The notes below the pieces were generated by a model. It was not told the origin of the DNA and made no database searches. It worked only from the letters and a program-made list of their open reading frames with translations. Made by a program: the position numbers and the translations under genes. A stretch of 63,322 nucleotides of DNA, the filler included, from Choristocarpus tenellus KU-1152 (taxonomy: Eukaryota; Protista; Phaeophyceae), in the NCBI GenBank assembly GCA_964200185.2. It is 11 parts of 11 records of this genome, joined end to end, with 100 filler letters (N's around TTAATTAATTAA, not from the genome) between each part and the next. Parts side by side here need not be neighbours in the genome. Positions count along the whole stretch, not along the records: positions 1 to 2,778 come from CAXNAD020024830.1; positions 2,879 to 7,704 come from CAXNAD020012922.1; positions 7,805 to 12,976 come from CAXNAD020011623.1; 8 more parts are not named here. One strand, given 5' to 3'. Below, one piece after another: positions 1 to 12,760 of this stretch. The first letter of the stretch is position 1; every line of letters starts with the position of its first letter.

Positions 1-89
1 ATCGATTATATAAGGGCCACTTCCCCCGAGGACCCGAATGTACACCCTCGGGTAACCTCCCCCCCCCCCCCCCCCAAGATACTTCGAGC
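1..89 (-). mobile_element. MITE family A, partial end
   Basis: Poly-C followed by AAGATACTTCGAGCC; matches a family A terminus. Confidence 0.65.
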
Positions 90-648
90 CCCAACTCCAA
101 ACCAAATGGCCACTACTGATGATTGCAAGAGCTGGATAACATGACAAGGTGTTGTCCAGGATGTGGAGATGCACTGGAGTCATTAATAGGGAGGAGAAAT
201 TTCGTGAAGGTATTTCCAGATTTTTTTTGGTCTATATCCTTGGAGTTAATAGGGGTCTAGCATCAATCCCATATGGGTTCTACATATGCAATCTAGATGT
301 GAAGGTGATTGATGGTTGAGAAGTGCTATGTTCTGCGTACCAAATCGTGATCTGGGCTGATTGATTAAAAATACCAAATTTGTACTTGTACTTCGAAGTA
401 CTAAAGAGTTGACGTTTGATAAAAACCGCACCACACTCCCAAGACCATGGATACTTCTTGGTGGAGGAGTCGAAATGGTACTGCAGGCAGGCAAGGCTAT
501 ATGATGCCGCAGGGTCCCCTCCCCCACACACTCTTACACGAAAACCAAGCAACATACCAATCCTGCACTGGTGTCATGTTCTTCATTCTGAGATCCAGGT
601 GATACTTAGAAAAGAAACTAGGAGTTGTGCTAGCCCAGATTCCAAGTA

Positions 649-829
649 GACCCAAAGTATCTGGGAGGAGGGGGGGGTCTACACCAGGGTATCCATTTGG
701 GACAAAATCAGGAAAAGGGCATTTAAATTATCCATCCGACGTATGCAGCCAAATCACTCAAAAATCGCGACATGAAAAAAATTGGCCCCAAATGGACAGC
801 CGCCACCACCCCCCCAGATACTTTGAGTC
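649..829 (+). mobile_element. MITE family A, full copy
   Basis: TIR GACCCAAAGTATCTGGG...CCCAGATACTTTGAGTC; 4-bp TSD AGTA at 645-648 and 830-833. Confidence 0.9.
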
Positions 830-1017
830 AGTACCAGCTCAATGAGAACAGACATGATAGCTACACATACATACAACAATACCATGCCGCACAATGAACC
901 ATATTGATAACTCTAGCCCTCACCCCAAAGACCAAGGCTATGCATGGCATGGATGCCACCAAGATGAGACATTGCAAAAAATACTTGTGTCCACCCTCAC
1001 TGTTAACCCGGACATAC

Positions 1018-2360
1018 CTGGCATTCCGTCTCTCAAGAGCCAGGGATCTTCGTCGTTGCAAATTCTCTTCGAAGTTTGGCACCTCTTCTGTCCCATTGCC
1101 TCCCCCCCCCACCCCCCCTCTTGCTCTTGCCTCCTCGGTTAACTTTCGCTTGTGCCACTCCTTTATACGGCAATTATACTCTGCAGGGTCGGAGTCTGCC
1201 AAAGTGTTGAGCTCTTCTTGCTCCTTTTTTTCCTTCTCCTGTGTAAGAGGGAGTGCATACGCCCAGTCTGTTACATTGAAGTTGCTCTCCATAGCACGCC
1301 CCATCCTCAACAACAAACGATTTCAATGCACGGGAGAGGTGCTATAGTCCTTTGTACATCCCGCAATTAAGAGAGATCTTGAGCAAGACCAGACTCAGAT
1401 AATAAACATATGGTATCCAATAAACTTCTCCAAGATCATTGAATAAACAGGACTCCAGAGAGTAGTTGCTAAGCAAGATGTACAATAACAAAGGATAAGA
1501 AGATAGAAACCTTCGCTTCCCGTGCCAGGCGTTCTTGGTCCTCTTTTCTCTTTTCTTCCAAGGCCAGCTCTTTTTCCCTATCCTTCTCGTCCTCCTCTGC
1601 CTTGGCAGCCCTCTCTTTCCTTTTCCGATCCGCATCCTGTGTGCGCTTTATCACCAGCCTCCTTTGGTGCTCCTAGATCGTACATGGCAGTTGGACAAGG
1701 CTGAGGCAGTTGATCAAATGCCTTGGACAAACATAACAGTAGGATTGCAACACCTTACAACATCTGTCAAACTTGGTCCCATACACGTGAACCCAGAAAA
1801 GGAAAGAAACGGTAGTCCATGGGTTAAGGTGGACTGGACTGGAGGGATGAGAGGGGGGATACGGCGTGTACTATTGAGGAGAGAGTGGTACAAACTCTGA
1901 AACATGTTTACCACATTGAAATTCCTTACGGCCTCAAGCACGAACAAGTCAAGCCAAGACCAATAATGCTCTTCAATTTTCATACTAAAGTGGTACTACT
2001 TTGGTTTTCATTACCATAGCAGAAGAATAAATACACGGCTCGATCCAATAGTAGGAGGTATGGCACAAGAAAAAATGTCATCCAAGAGTGATGCGATAGC
2101 CCATATGTGTCATATGGCGCCATAGGATTAATCCTTTGTGCAATCTTCCCTATTTCTCTACTCTTTGCACCATTCCAACCTCTGTCCCAACCTGGACAAC
2201 CCCAACGTACATCTGGGTTGGAGGATAATAATTCAGCCATCTCCTCAGCTTCCTTTTGTGCTTTGGCCAATTCTCTCTGCTGTTGTCGCTGTGCCTTTTC
2301 CCTCTGCTTGTGCTCTTTTTCTTCTCCCAAGAAATGAGCATTATTGATTTCCTGCTCTTC
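1018..2360 (-). CDS. Internal exons of an uncharacterised charged/coiled-coil protein (partial)
   Basis: Three phase-compatible GT-AG exons: 2360-2211 (EEQEINNAHFLGEEKEHKQREK...), 1672-1511 (EHQRRLVIKRTQDADRKRKER...) and 1238-1018 (EKEKKEQEELNTLADSDPAEY...). E/K/R-rich; no domain recognised. Confidence 0.65.
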
Positions 2361-2688
2361 CTGAAATGGATCAAGCCAACGCCCACAGATCCATCGACCC
2401 ATCGGCATAAAGGGTTAGGGTTAGGGTTAGAGACAAAAGTGGATAACATTTCTTGCAGTACATCTCACCAAACATTGCTGGCAATTGTCACTTCCAAGTT
2501 GTGTTTCTGAGGGCAAGGACAATGGGGCACACTTGGGAAAGAGATGCTATAACTATACCAACAACAATTCAGTGCATTTACAATACAGCAGAGTATCATT
2601 CACGTTTTTTGCTTACAAACAATAATGGGGGGTTGCAAACAATATCTGGTCATGTCTAGCGACATGCATAAAACTTGGTACAATAAGA

Positions 2689-2730
2689 AGCTCAAAGTAT
2701 CTGGGGGGGGGGGGGGGGGGGGGGGGGGGA
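2689..2730. mobile_element. MITE family A terminus near contig end
   Basis: GCTCAAAGTATCT followed by a long G run. Confidence 0.65.
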
Positions 2731-2778
2731 GGGAGAGTAATCAATGATAGGTATTATGTGTGGGGGAAGCTGGTGTTT

Positions 2779-2878
2779 NNNNNNNNNNNNNNNNNNNNNN
2801 NNNNNNNNNNNNNNNNNNNNNNTTAATTAATTAANNNNNNNNNNNNNNNNNNNNNNNNNNNNNNNNNNNNNNNNNNNN
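2779..2878. other. Artificial contig-joining spacer (N44-TTAATTAATTAA-N44); also at 7705-7804, 12977-13076, 15901-16000, 25417-25516, 28602-28701, 39409-39508, 44724-44823, 50151-50250 and 56231-56330
   Basis: Ten identical 100-bp spacers carrying a six-frame stop linker. Confidence 0.97.
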
Positions 2879-2936
2879 CCCCTTCCCCCCCCCCCCCCCT
2901 TCCCCCCCTGGCCCTCCCCCGTCAGGGTAAAGGAAA

Positions 2937-2970
<34 letters not shown>

Positions 2971-3630
2971 ACTCTCTCTCTTTTGATACATGTAACCGCT
3001 CCCGCCTCAAACTCCATCTGACTTGATGTAGATAGTAGTAAGGACCAATACGTTGCTTCCTTTTTTATGGTTGTGAAAAATCACATCATTCAGTTATCTC
3101 CATCGACATCTGTGAAATGAGTTGTATTCCATCTGTGAAATGAGTTGTATTGTCTCCTTTTTGCCCTCCCTCCCTGATCTCTCTCCCCCCACTACCTGTG
3201 TACATGTACACACACACACACACATACACATATATATATATGCATCCAGTTGTACATGGATATCTCTTAGCTGGTTTAGCGTTGCTTTTGATTATTTCAT
3301 AGGCAGCCATTAGTTGATACTGTTGACCTCCTTAGGTAAATTTGGAATTGTGATTGGTTGCTGGCAACAGGGCATGGACTATATATATACTTGCACTGTT
3401 GGGGGTACAAATTGGTCCCTAAAGTTAGCTGCTTGCAAGATTTCGAATGGCTGATTTGGGTGCTCAAAAATAAAATGATTTTTTTCCCGTTAATTTAAGA
3501 AAAAATAAAATGTATTAGCTTTTAGCTGGTGTCTTCAATTTTGTGCAATATCCTTGTATTCCCAATTTTGTACTCACCAGGAATAGCAGGACTTGTGATA
3601 CCTGCAACCTGGTGTAATTAAAGGGAAGGT

Positions 3631-3690
3631 TGTTGTGTGAACATGTAACTGTTGTGTGAACATGTAACTGTTGTGTGAACATGTAACTGT
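3631..3690. repeat. 19-bp tandem repeat, about 3 units
   Basis: (TGTTGTGTGAACATGTAAC)x3. Confidence 0.9.
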
Positions 3691-3971
3691 CTTACGTATG
3701 TACTCGTACTCTGCTGGCTTTCATAGGACACCTGGGCATTTCCTTGGCGGTGGCTTGGGAAGAGGGTTTTGGGATATCTGAGCTGGTCTCTACAGGCTTT
3801 TGAAAATGGTCCTTGTGTGAGATAAGCCTCTTTCTTGATAATTGTTCTGTAAAGGACTTGATAATTGTTGTAGGTGTGAGGTGTCTGAGGGAGGACCGTT
3901 CATGAACTGTTTCTTAAGATGTACAGTGATTTTCTACTTGGAACAGAAATAGTGTGTTTCGGGGATTCAAC

Positions 3972-4058
3972 CTGTTTTGAAGACTGTTTTGAAGACTGTT
4001 TTGAAGACTGTTTTGAAGACTGTTTTGAAGACTGTTTTGAAGCAAGACTGTTTTGAAG
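3972..4058. repeat. 12-bp minisatellite, about 7 units
   Basis: (CTGTTTTGAAGA)n. Confidence 0.92.
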
Positions 4059-4621
4059 CGGGGATGACTACTAGGAAGAGACTGATCCTTCTCAGGTGAA
4101 GGATATATATTTTTTGTTGGGGTGGTGATCTTGAACAAAACTGGAACAAAATTTTGAACAAAATAACACTTTGTGAATACGTTTTCTCAGTAGCAGGTAC
4201 ATATCAAGCACAGGCAATGAAAAACGCTTATTCCTTGCCTGCCTCACAGTGAATAGATGCCTTGTCCAGTTTACATTTCACCCGGGGGCGCGCTGTCACA
4301 ACAGTCACAGATTGCCGCCGATCCTCTTTCTCTCTTTTTGACTATCACTCTATATTGGTAGAGTGGAGTCTGGTGAGGTCTGGTTGTTGCATCTGTTGTC
4401 CTACCTGCATTGTCTCACTTCATTCCGGTTGCTATTTCTATTTCTATGTCATTGCTGTAAATATCAGTGTCCCGACATTCTGTTGGGTGTGTCTTTTTAC
4501 TCCCCTGAAACAAGAACCAAGCATGTGGATTCTTGCGTAGGGGGAGGGAAAGGAAAGAGAGCAGTACTTGCTTAGCTCTTGCAAATGACTATTGTAGTGT
4601 AGTATGCATACTCTTGCGTGA

Positions 4622-4663
4622 TACACACACACACACACTCACACTCACACTCACACTCACACT

Positions 4664-4698
<35 letters not shown>
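4622..4698. repeat. Compound microsatellite (CA)n-(CACACT)n-(TA)n
   Basis: Read directly from sequence. Confidence 0.92.
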
Positions 4699-4700
<2 letters not shown>

Positions 4701-5677
4701 CATGTATGTGTACTGTAGTGGTATTATGAGTCTCAAGATTTGTAGTTACTGCTTTATCATGAGTGTGACTGTGTGTGTGTGTGTGTGTCTTCTCTATTGC
4801 TTGTTGCAAGCAGTGTGTGAACAATGTGATACATGCATTAATGGGGGTAGGTGCCCCAGGGGTGTCAGTTTCAGTGGGTGAATGAGAGTAATTTGATGTG
4901 AATCTGGTATGTAACTGTGTTAAAGGATACAATGGATATCGAAACTGGCATTCACAGGAATGAGCCAGGCACACAACGGTGTGCCAGGGGTGGGCAAGGG
5001 GGGGTGACTCTCACAAGAAATTTTATGGCAAGTGGGGGTTTGTAGAGGTTCAGACGGGGTGGATATTGGTTGGACAGGTGTATCAAGGTCAGTGAAGACT
5101 TGGGATGGGGAGTGGAGAGGGCAAGGTTACAGGGTGTCGTTCTGGAAGTACCCCCAATGGTACCTGTAGATCTTTCCCTTGAGTCTACCGAACTGGTCGG
5201 CATGTTGGAGCTTGGTAGCTGTGATTTGTCAGGGATGATAAGGTATCCTTCCAACAGACCAGAACTTTAAAGGCACTTGTTTTCAATGCCAGTGTTTTCA
5301 ATGTCAGTGTGGCAAACCGGCTAGATGGGTATGGTTCTCTTCCTGCTTGCCTGGTGCGGCTGAAGGGAGGCCCGTCAGAGGGGTTGGCTCGTCTTCAGGG
5401 TAGTGGTTTGTTTCATGATGATGATGTGATGGTAATTACGGGCGGAGGGTTGGGTGAGTGAGAGGTGTGGTGTGACTGGAAGGTGTGTACCTTTCATGAA
5501 GGATGTAACGCCACTTTTGCATCCCTGACTGACATCACCCTTAGCATTATCCCATGATGTAGCAAGGTCACATACCTGAAACGTGTCATCGTCTCTGCTG
5601 AGTGAACCTTTAACTGTACCAGGTATGTGGGGGGTGGGCTGTACCCATGTACCTGGTTTGCCGCATGGGTGTTTCTC

Positions 5678-5711
5678 CTTCTTCTTCTTCTTCTTCTTCT
5701 TCTTCTTCTTC

Positions 5712-5749
<38 letters not shown>

Positions 5750-5763
5750 TTAATAATAATAAT
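5678..5763. repeat. Compound microsatellite (CTT)n-(AAT)n
   Basis: Read directly from sequence. Confidence 0.92.
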
Positions 5764-6404
5764 ATATGCCTATACAAGTTTGGCCTGTTCGGTTGGTAGA
5801 CTGAATGGAAGGATGGGTAGATTCCGTTGTGCCACTTACAGAATGGTCTATGAGCTCGCCCTCTCCACTCCACATCCCAAGTCCTTGCTGATCTCTATAT
5901 ATCTATGCAACCAGTATTAACCCTGTTTGTACTTGTACTTGTACTACAATGTACTTTGTGAATCGCCGATGACTTTGTGAAAAGGGTCAACACCCTTGCC
6001 TATTCTATCACCTTGGTTTTGGACTGGTTTGTTCCTCTGAAGGATTGTGGCAATATCCCTCCTGTACTTGAAGGTAGATCCGGGTAGGATTTAGATGATG
6101 GTTTGTGGCATCTATTCAGTGGCCTCACCCTCCCTTGTTGCAGCTGATGATATCTCGTCCATGACTTTGTCCATCTCAGCATCAGTAGGTGGTGGGGAAA
6201 GTGCTTTATGTGCACACTCTTTCACCTAATGATGTTGATGTTGATGTTGATGTTGATAGTAATAGCTTGAAGTATCGAGTGCACTACTCAAGATAGAGGT
6301 TTCAGTTTGCGTGTACGTAACTGTAATTGTTCTTGTTTTCAATAATCGAAGAAGTGCTGCTCTCTGCTCTCTCTTTCCTCTTCCAAGGATTGATGCTTTT
6401 GTTA

Positions 6405-6570
6405 TTGTTTCTAGGAAGTTGTAAGAGCCAATCATTGTCTGCTGTTGTTTCTGGGAGTTTGTAAGAACCGATCACAGTCTGCTTTTTTCACTGGGAAGTT
6501 GTAAGGGCCTATCTATCAAAAGTTTGCTGTATCTTCTGGTAAGATGTAAGAGCCAATCACAGTCTGCTAT
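6405..6570. repeat. Degenerate ~40-bp tandem repeat, about 4 units
   Basis: Recurring GGAAGTTGTAAGAGCCAATCACAGTCTGCT-like units. Confidence 0.7.
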
Positions 6571-7384
6571 TGTAATGCGATGCTATTGATAAAAAAAGGT
6601 ATAAATTGTCACGGTAGGGTACAACACCTAGGTGAAATGCGGACTGTTGCAGTCTGTACAAGTTATTTTGTCACTTTTTGTTACATATCCCACATGTTTT
6701 GGACATCTACAAGTAGGAAAATGGTGTCAAACCAACTTGGCATATCCTCTTTTCAAGGCCTGTTGTTTTGGTGTGTACCATATTTGAGTTCATATTATGT
6801 GCACAAAGTGTACTTTTTGCTTTCACTTTCCTTCTAGTGGAAGGCGGTGTTTTAATGTGGTCCTGATGGGCTCACCGTGTAGGTCTTGACTTGCAGCAAT
6901 GTTTCATTTTTATTAAAAAAACTTGTGAACGGTGGCATACTGGCATGCTGGTAGTGTCTCTTGAGTAGGATGAATTATCCAGGAACACATGTTTTCCCTG
7001 TCACAGGATGATGTTTTTGTTTTTTTGTGATGATAGTGAAATAGTGTGTTACAATTTATTTTTTTCCAGTTTTTTGTGGGTGGTAATTTTTTTGTTGCTG
7101 TTGGAATGGCAATGCAACTGATTTTTTCCAGCAGTGTAACTTGGAACATACTTGGGGTAAAGGTTGTTGATTCCAACAAATAAAAAGAGTATGGTGAGGT
7201 ATTAATAGTACAAAGGGAACTTCTCTGCAAGGGCTTTTGTGGGAGCATGTCCACAGTAGTTGATGGTGTCCAAGCAATCTCAGATTGAAAAATTTAAATT
7301 AGTCCCTTTCTTTTTATTTTTTTATTTTTTTTATTTTTATTAATATATATATATATATTTTTAATTGTTCATTCACTTGTACAG

Positions 7385-7504
7385 ATGTATCCCAATGCTG
7401 GACCGTCAACATTGTTGCATCGGTTCTTCAAGCTAATGGCGGGATGGAACTGGCCTAATGCCATTCAGTTGGTGCAGCCGTATGATGCTGACCTGGGACT
7501 TGAG
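7385..7504 (+). CDS. PAP: Nuclear poly(A) polymerase, single internal exon (central domain)
   Basis: cag|ATGTAT...GAG|gtgggt, 120 nt, encoding MYPNAGPSTLLHRFFKLMAGWNWPNAIQL. Matches the conserved 'QLYPNA..STLV.KFF.....W.WP.PV.L' segment of canonical poly(A) polymerases. Confidence 0.85.
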
Positions 7505-7804
7505 GTGGGTGTTGCCTTTTTGTTGTGTTGTGTTGTATGGTGTGGGGTGGGGTGGGGTATGATATACTGAGGTTTGTTGTGTTTCATTGTTTCAACAGTT
7601 TTTTTTTTTTGTAATGGCCGCGTGGTTTTTCGTGTGAGTTGCGTTGTGTTGAAGAGTGTTGCTGTAATACTCAGCAAAGCTTTTCAGAACACGCCAAGCC
7701 GGTCNNNNNNNNNNNNNNNNNNNNNNNNNNNNNNNNNNNNNNNNNNNNTTAATTAATTAANNNNNNNNNNNNNNNNNNNNNNNNNNNNNNNNNNNNNNNN
7801 NNNN

Positions 7805-7920
7805 TTGGTTCTTTGGGTGGGCTCGATAAAGTAAGTTTTTTTTTTTTTCCTTTTCCGTCTCCGAACGGACCCCCCGATTTAGACCCCCCCCCCCCCCCCC
7901 CCCCCACATACTTTCAGCCC
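7805..7920 (-). mobile_element. MITE family A, degenerate partial copy at contig start
   Basis: ...TAGACCCCC(n)ACATACTTTCAGCC. Confidence 0.55.
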
Positions 7921-7986
7921 ATTCTAATGGTCCTACCATAGAAGCGAAATCGTTGAAAATTACGCTTCATCCTTCAAGTGTCCCAC

Positions 7987-8070
7987 CTTGTCACGAGCAT
8001 CCACGATACCCACGGCAGCAGTGGCCAGGAGACATATTACCGTCCTCAGAATCACCTTCCGTGGTAACAT
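7987..8070 (-). CDS. Probable first coding exon of a secreted protein (signal peptide)
   Basis: MLPRKVILRTVICLLATAAVGIVDA-RDK followed by donor AAG|GTGGGA; basic n-region, hydrophobic h-region, V-D-A cleavage motif. Confidence 0.5.
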
Positions 8071-11000
8071 GAGGGCAGTGCCTCCAGTTGGTTGCTTAAC
8101 CTCTTCCTTCCCTTCCTTCCAAAAGTGGATGTTTGCTCAACGAGAAAGTTGTCTCTGACCAACCTGTATAGAGGTTCAACTTCCTTTACTAGGGATCAGT
8201 AGTATGGCTTACTGACCTCGGGCTCGGCCAGTGGAGCCTGTTGGGGTGTAAGAGTAGAAACAGTGTCAGGGGTGCAGTGGTATGGATTGGGATATGCATG
8301 AAGATCTGATTAATATATATATATGAAGCGTAGGTAGGAGCGCAATTTAGATCACCCTCATCCTATTGCGACTCAAAATGAAAGGGAGGGAAGTAAGACT
8401 GATGATGGCCTGCCAAACAAGCAATTTTGGTACTCGCCCATCCTAGACCTCGAAAGTTCCAGACAAGAGTACTCCAGCAGGATATAAGCCCGGCACGGAG
8501 AATAAATGTCATTGCACCAGCACTGGTTACGTCGAATAAATGCCATTGCACCAGCACTGGCTACGTCGATGTAAGTTCTTCTAACAAGGACTGAACAACC
8601 TGTACCATAAACCTTGAAGCACAAAATGAATCAAACGCGAGGCAAGCCCAACGGTTCAAAACATTGCAAGCCCAGCAAGAATTATTCCAACGCACAATCC
8701 AATTCTGATCAGTTACCATTTTCATCAGCTCAAAAGATAGATCACCAAAGTTGACTTTCGTCAGTGAAGGGTTTCATGAGTATGGGTTGAGGTGAAGTAG
8801 GCAGAACGAGGACTGAAAACTTCACTAAAAGCTCCAACTACAACCCACCAACCGCACAGTGGGGGTTTGGACGAAAGATAGGGATCGAGGGTACGGCAAC
8901 CTGCTTGCAAGTGTATGCGAGTGTAAAGAGACCAACCATTCGAAGACAGCTTGCTCGAACCTGTACACAGGACATACTCTCCCCCATCAGAAAGATCAAT
9001 CCATGAAACAACATTGAGAGTTAAAATTAGAAAACACCTTCCTTCTAAAAATTGCTTACCTAAATATTATTGGAGCTTAATGACCCTTCGTCCTCTTCTC
9101 AACCCACTGAGGAATCTCTCCTCGATCCCAAACACTACGACAAGATCAAAAGGGAGCACTGAGTAAAACGAAGGATCTAATCAACATTTAAGGTTCTATA
9201 TCGAACGCTTAACACGCCTTCCTTGTCTACCTGATGTAATCTTACTCCCCCTCCACCAAGCAAGCCTCTTCCAGTACGCTTCTGTGTTGCTTGCGGTGTT
9301 AACGGTTGGTGTATGGTGTTATCTTACAATATCCATTCATGACTTTCCGCTAAAGTTGATGTACCAGGACTCAAAAATGCTAATTGCTTCAGAAAAAGTC
9401 ACGATCTTGCTTTGAAGTTTTTTGAGTGAACAGAACAGACGAAGGGTTTGCTTAGAAGTTGAGTGATTGTATAATATGTAAGTGTATATTACAACAAATA
9501 TTGGTAATTCTGGAACAGTTCCAACCATTCATATATATATTCTACTGATAGTTCGGTGTATGACAATGATAAAGAGAACTGGATGTTGTTTGTCAACAAC
9601 CAAAATCAGAGAAAATATGATAACAATTAAGATAGAACTTGATTCTTGAGACCTGAAAGAAGAGCCGATTTCAAATTACTCGAGTAACTATTGTATTTAT
9701 TGTCTAGTATGTTCCTGTCCAACACAGTAATTTAGTAACCCTATACTTTTCCCATAATCATCCTCCAACAATCAATCGAGACATCTCTAAAATGTGAGAG
9801 GGTACAATAATACATATTATTCAAGACAAGAACAATCAAGATACATTCTTATGGTCCAAATCATCCTCACTCGAATAAATAAGTTGAAAGAATCACCTTT
9901 CAAAATTCGATATCAAACTAGATATATTTCAACATTTTGAAAATAATTTCAAGCTTTCGTTATAAACAAATTGGAAAGTGAAAGTTTTCGTGTTAGCACC
10001 TACATAATAATATTTATTACATAAATATTGTTGTTATGGTTTAGTTGGAAGTATAACTACTTAAATATATGGATTTAGAGGAATGGACCCACTTCAATGT
10101 CACTTGTCAAGAAAATTTGTTTTTGGTGATTGTATTCCCTACAGATACCACAACAGATTCCACAGCACATTGTAATACGTCCACGCTAAACCACGAAACA
10201 CTGAACCAAGACAAAGGTGGGATAACTTCGAGAGGGGTTGAGCAGAAGATTCGAGTAGAGATATGGAGCGACGACGGTAAGACAACTGCACTCACCGCCA
10301 AAGAAGCAACGCAGGAATGGATGGAGTATAATTTGGTGTCGTGCATCAATAAGTCAGTACTTCGAAGAGTGAAATCAGTTTAGATGGAAACAGATTTGGA
10401 CCCTGTTGCAATCTAAGCCATCTTTATGACTGTGTGCAGCACACTCTATTTTCAATTCCTTGCGATTTCTGAAATTTTACACCTTTGGGCTTTAGGTGGT
10501 ACAGTTGAATGGAGATCGGCTGGTGACCTGCCCATTTGCAATCGTCCCATAACCCTCCCATCCCCATTGCTCCTCCTACCTCGTGGGAAGATATGCAAAA
10601 AACGTTATTCAATGTGTTCACCCCAGCATACAATGTGGGTGTGTCAGATCGTAGGCTTACGTCCCTGAAACAGGAGGAGAATATGTCAGTCAATCAACGC
10701 ACTACACGGCACAACAATCACGAATCGTTTTCTTGAAGATGTGCACTGTAACAAGCCTCCTTTGGATTGTATTGACACGACCATCCTACTCATCGAGCAA
10801 ATACAGATAGATCTCTTAGAAAAAGGCTTGTTCCACAAAATTCTTCTTGAGAAGACTCACAAAGAACCTGCCTTTACATTTTCTAGGCCTGTGACTGTGC
10901 CAAAGGTTGCAACGCCAGTACCTATCTGGCCGATCCTCTGTCCTCACCACTTATGGCGGTAGTGCCCTTCACCCACATCGTAATAAGCAACTTCTCGCTC

Positions 11001-12429
11001 TGAAATTGTTCAGTTGCAGCGAGAGAACCAACATCTACGCATGGTGGTGGATCGTAACCAAGCAGAAGAACCAACTTCAGCACGTCCTTCAGCCCGGCCA
11101 TTGGCAAGACCACCTGTGCCAACTCGTTCTACTGATCCTTCCACGTAACAGCCAGCCCCAACACCCACATCAACGTGCCGAAACCCATTCTATGCGAGGT
11201 CATCGTTTATACCAGCACCATAGCAATCCACAACAAGAGACGTTCCACTACCCAGGTTGCCAGGCAATGAGTCATAAAGATCACTAAATTCATTCATGCC
11301 TCAACATCCCCGAGGCTACTCGCTGGCCGTGCTTGCGTCAGAGAGAGAAAGGCCATAGATATCAAGAGCACGAGGATAGACAGTACGTGGATGAACACTA
11401 CACTCCTTGCTCCTGGTGGGAAGCGTCGTTGGGAAATGCCAATCACATCACCTGCTCCTCTGCAATCAATCATAGTCTGTTCGTCTGTCTCCTAGCACTT
11501 TTCTTTGGCTTTAGTCAGCCAAGGGCCTATGATAATATTCAAACTTCACTGTTTCACAAACTCTTGGATGTACCTTTTGTCCCACCTAGTGCAATAAATC
11601 TACGTACTGCTAATGATTCACGACTGTATATTCGTGGATTTAGCCGTTTTTCAAATACACTAGGCGATATCACAATTACCTGCCTAAGTCTTAGTGATTC
11701 CCCAATTTGGTCCAATTTAATACTGTTTGATACTGATGTCATGCAGGTCTTCGGTGTATCCTTTGGTAAGAACAGTATCTCTCATTCCACACAACAGCTC
11801 ATGTACCATCCCAGCAAGACATCACAAAACAAGTACCTGTCCCAAATACTACTTCCCTGCAACAAGATTTTGACCCTGTACCAGTTCGTTTACATAAACA
11901 GTACAATATACCACTTGGTCATGGAATCGTCATCTGCTGTATAGTTGTTGATAAATTGTCTCTTAATGCTGCTGTTATAGTGGACCCAATAATATATTCC
12001 ACGGCTAAGCTAAGACCAGCACAATGAACCCAAGCATCCTTGAACCTGTATCGTCTATGTTTGCACTCCTAGTATTTGGTTGGCAAATACCAATCAGTAT
12101 TGGTTCAGTTGGCAAATCCAACCACGCATAGGGTTTTTACTAATGAACACCTTTTGATTGGGTCACTTGACCCCAATTTCTGACCAGATGCCCAAACTGT
12201 GTGTTCTGAATACTGATTCTGCTTCTTTCATTGAAGGTAAAGAGGAGTTATAGTAATCTTTCAGTGAATCATATCAAAGATATCACATTAAATCAGTCAC
12301 AAGTGTCTCAACTATTGACCTGTGTGCTTGTCACAGATCGGCATTTTCGTTGAATGCAGCAAAACTGGGCAGATGTGTTACAGGCGAATAGCACGAGCAG
12401 TATACGAGATTAGTAGCACATAGGTGACC

Positions 12430-12760
12430 TTACAGAATAAATGCTGATTTCTTAGAAGATGCAGAGTAAGATTCGAAATGCATACCTAGCCTTAAAGAAG
12501 AAACGTCAATTCCTAGAAGTTGTAGAATATAGGTTTATGATTGGAGTGATTGACTCATGTATTCACAATGTAGAAGAGCAAGGCATCATTGAAAAATGTG
12601 CCAGCCGCTGGAGTAGTCCTGTTGTTACGATCGTAACCATGTTTGGTGCTCTCCACGTTTTTGTGTAGACTACGGCTCAACTCATAACAAAGATCTTATC
12701 ACACAGACTTAATCTATGCCTGATATGGAATCACATATTGATGCCGTGTTGGAGAACTTT
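12430..12760 (+). mobile_element. Ty3/Gypsy reverse transcriptase relic
   Basis: EEQGIIEKCASRWSSPVVTIV...FV-DYGSTHNK...SMPDMESHIDAV resembles the RT N-terminus 'GII.PS.SPWSSP.V.V...CVDYR.LNK...P.P.IE..LD'; broken by stops and frameshifts. Confidence 0.65.

Noticed and set aside
3914-5920. Low-complexity ORFs (LQNS repeats, poly-L/I/E, HT/YI repeats)
   Set aside because: They are translations of micro- and minisatellites.
11333-11944. 203-aa plus-strand ORF
   Set aside because: Non-ATG start, no recognisable motif and composition typical of non-coding DNA.
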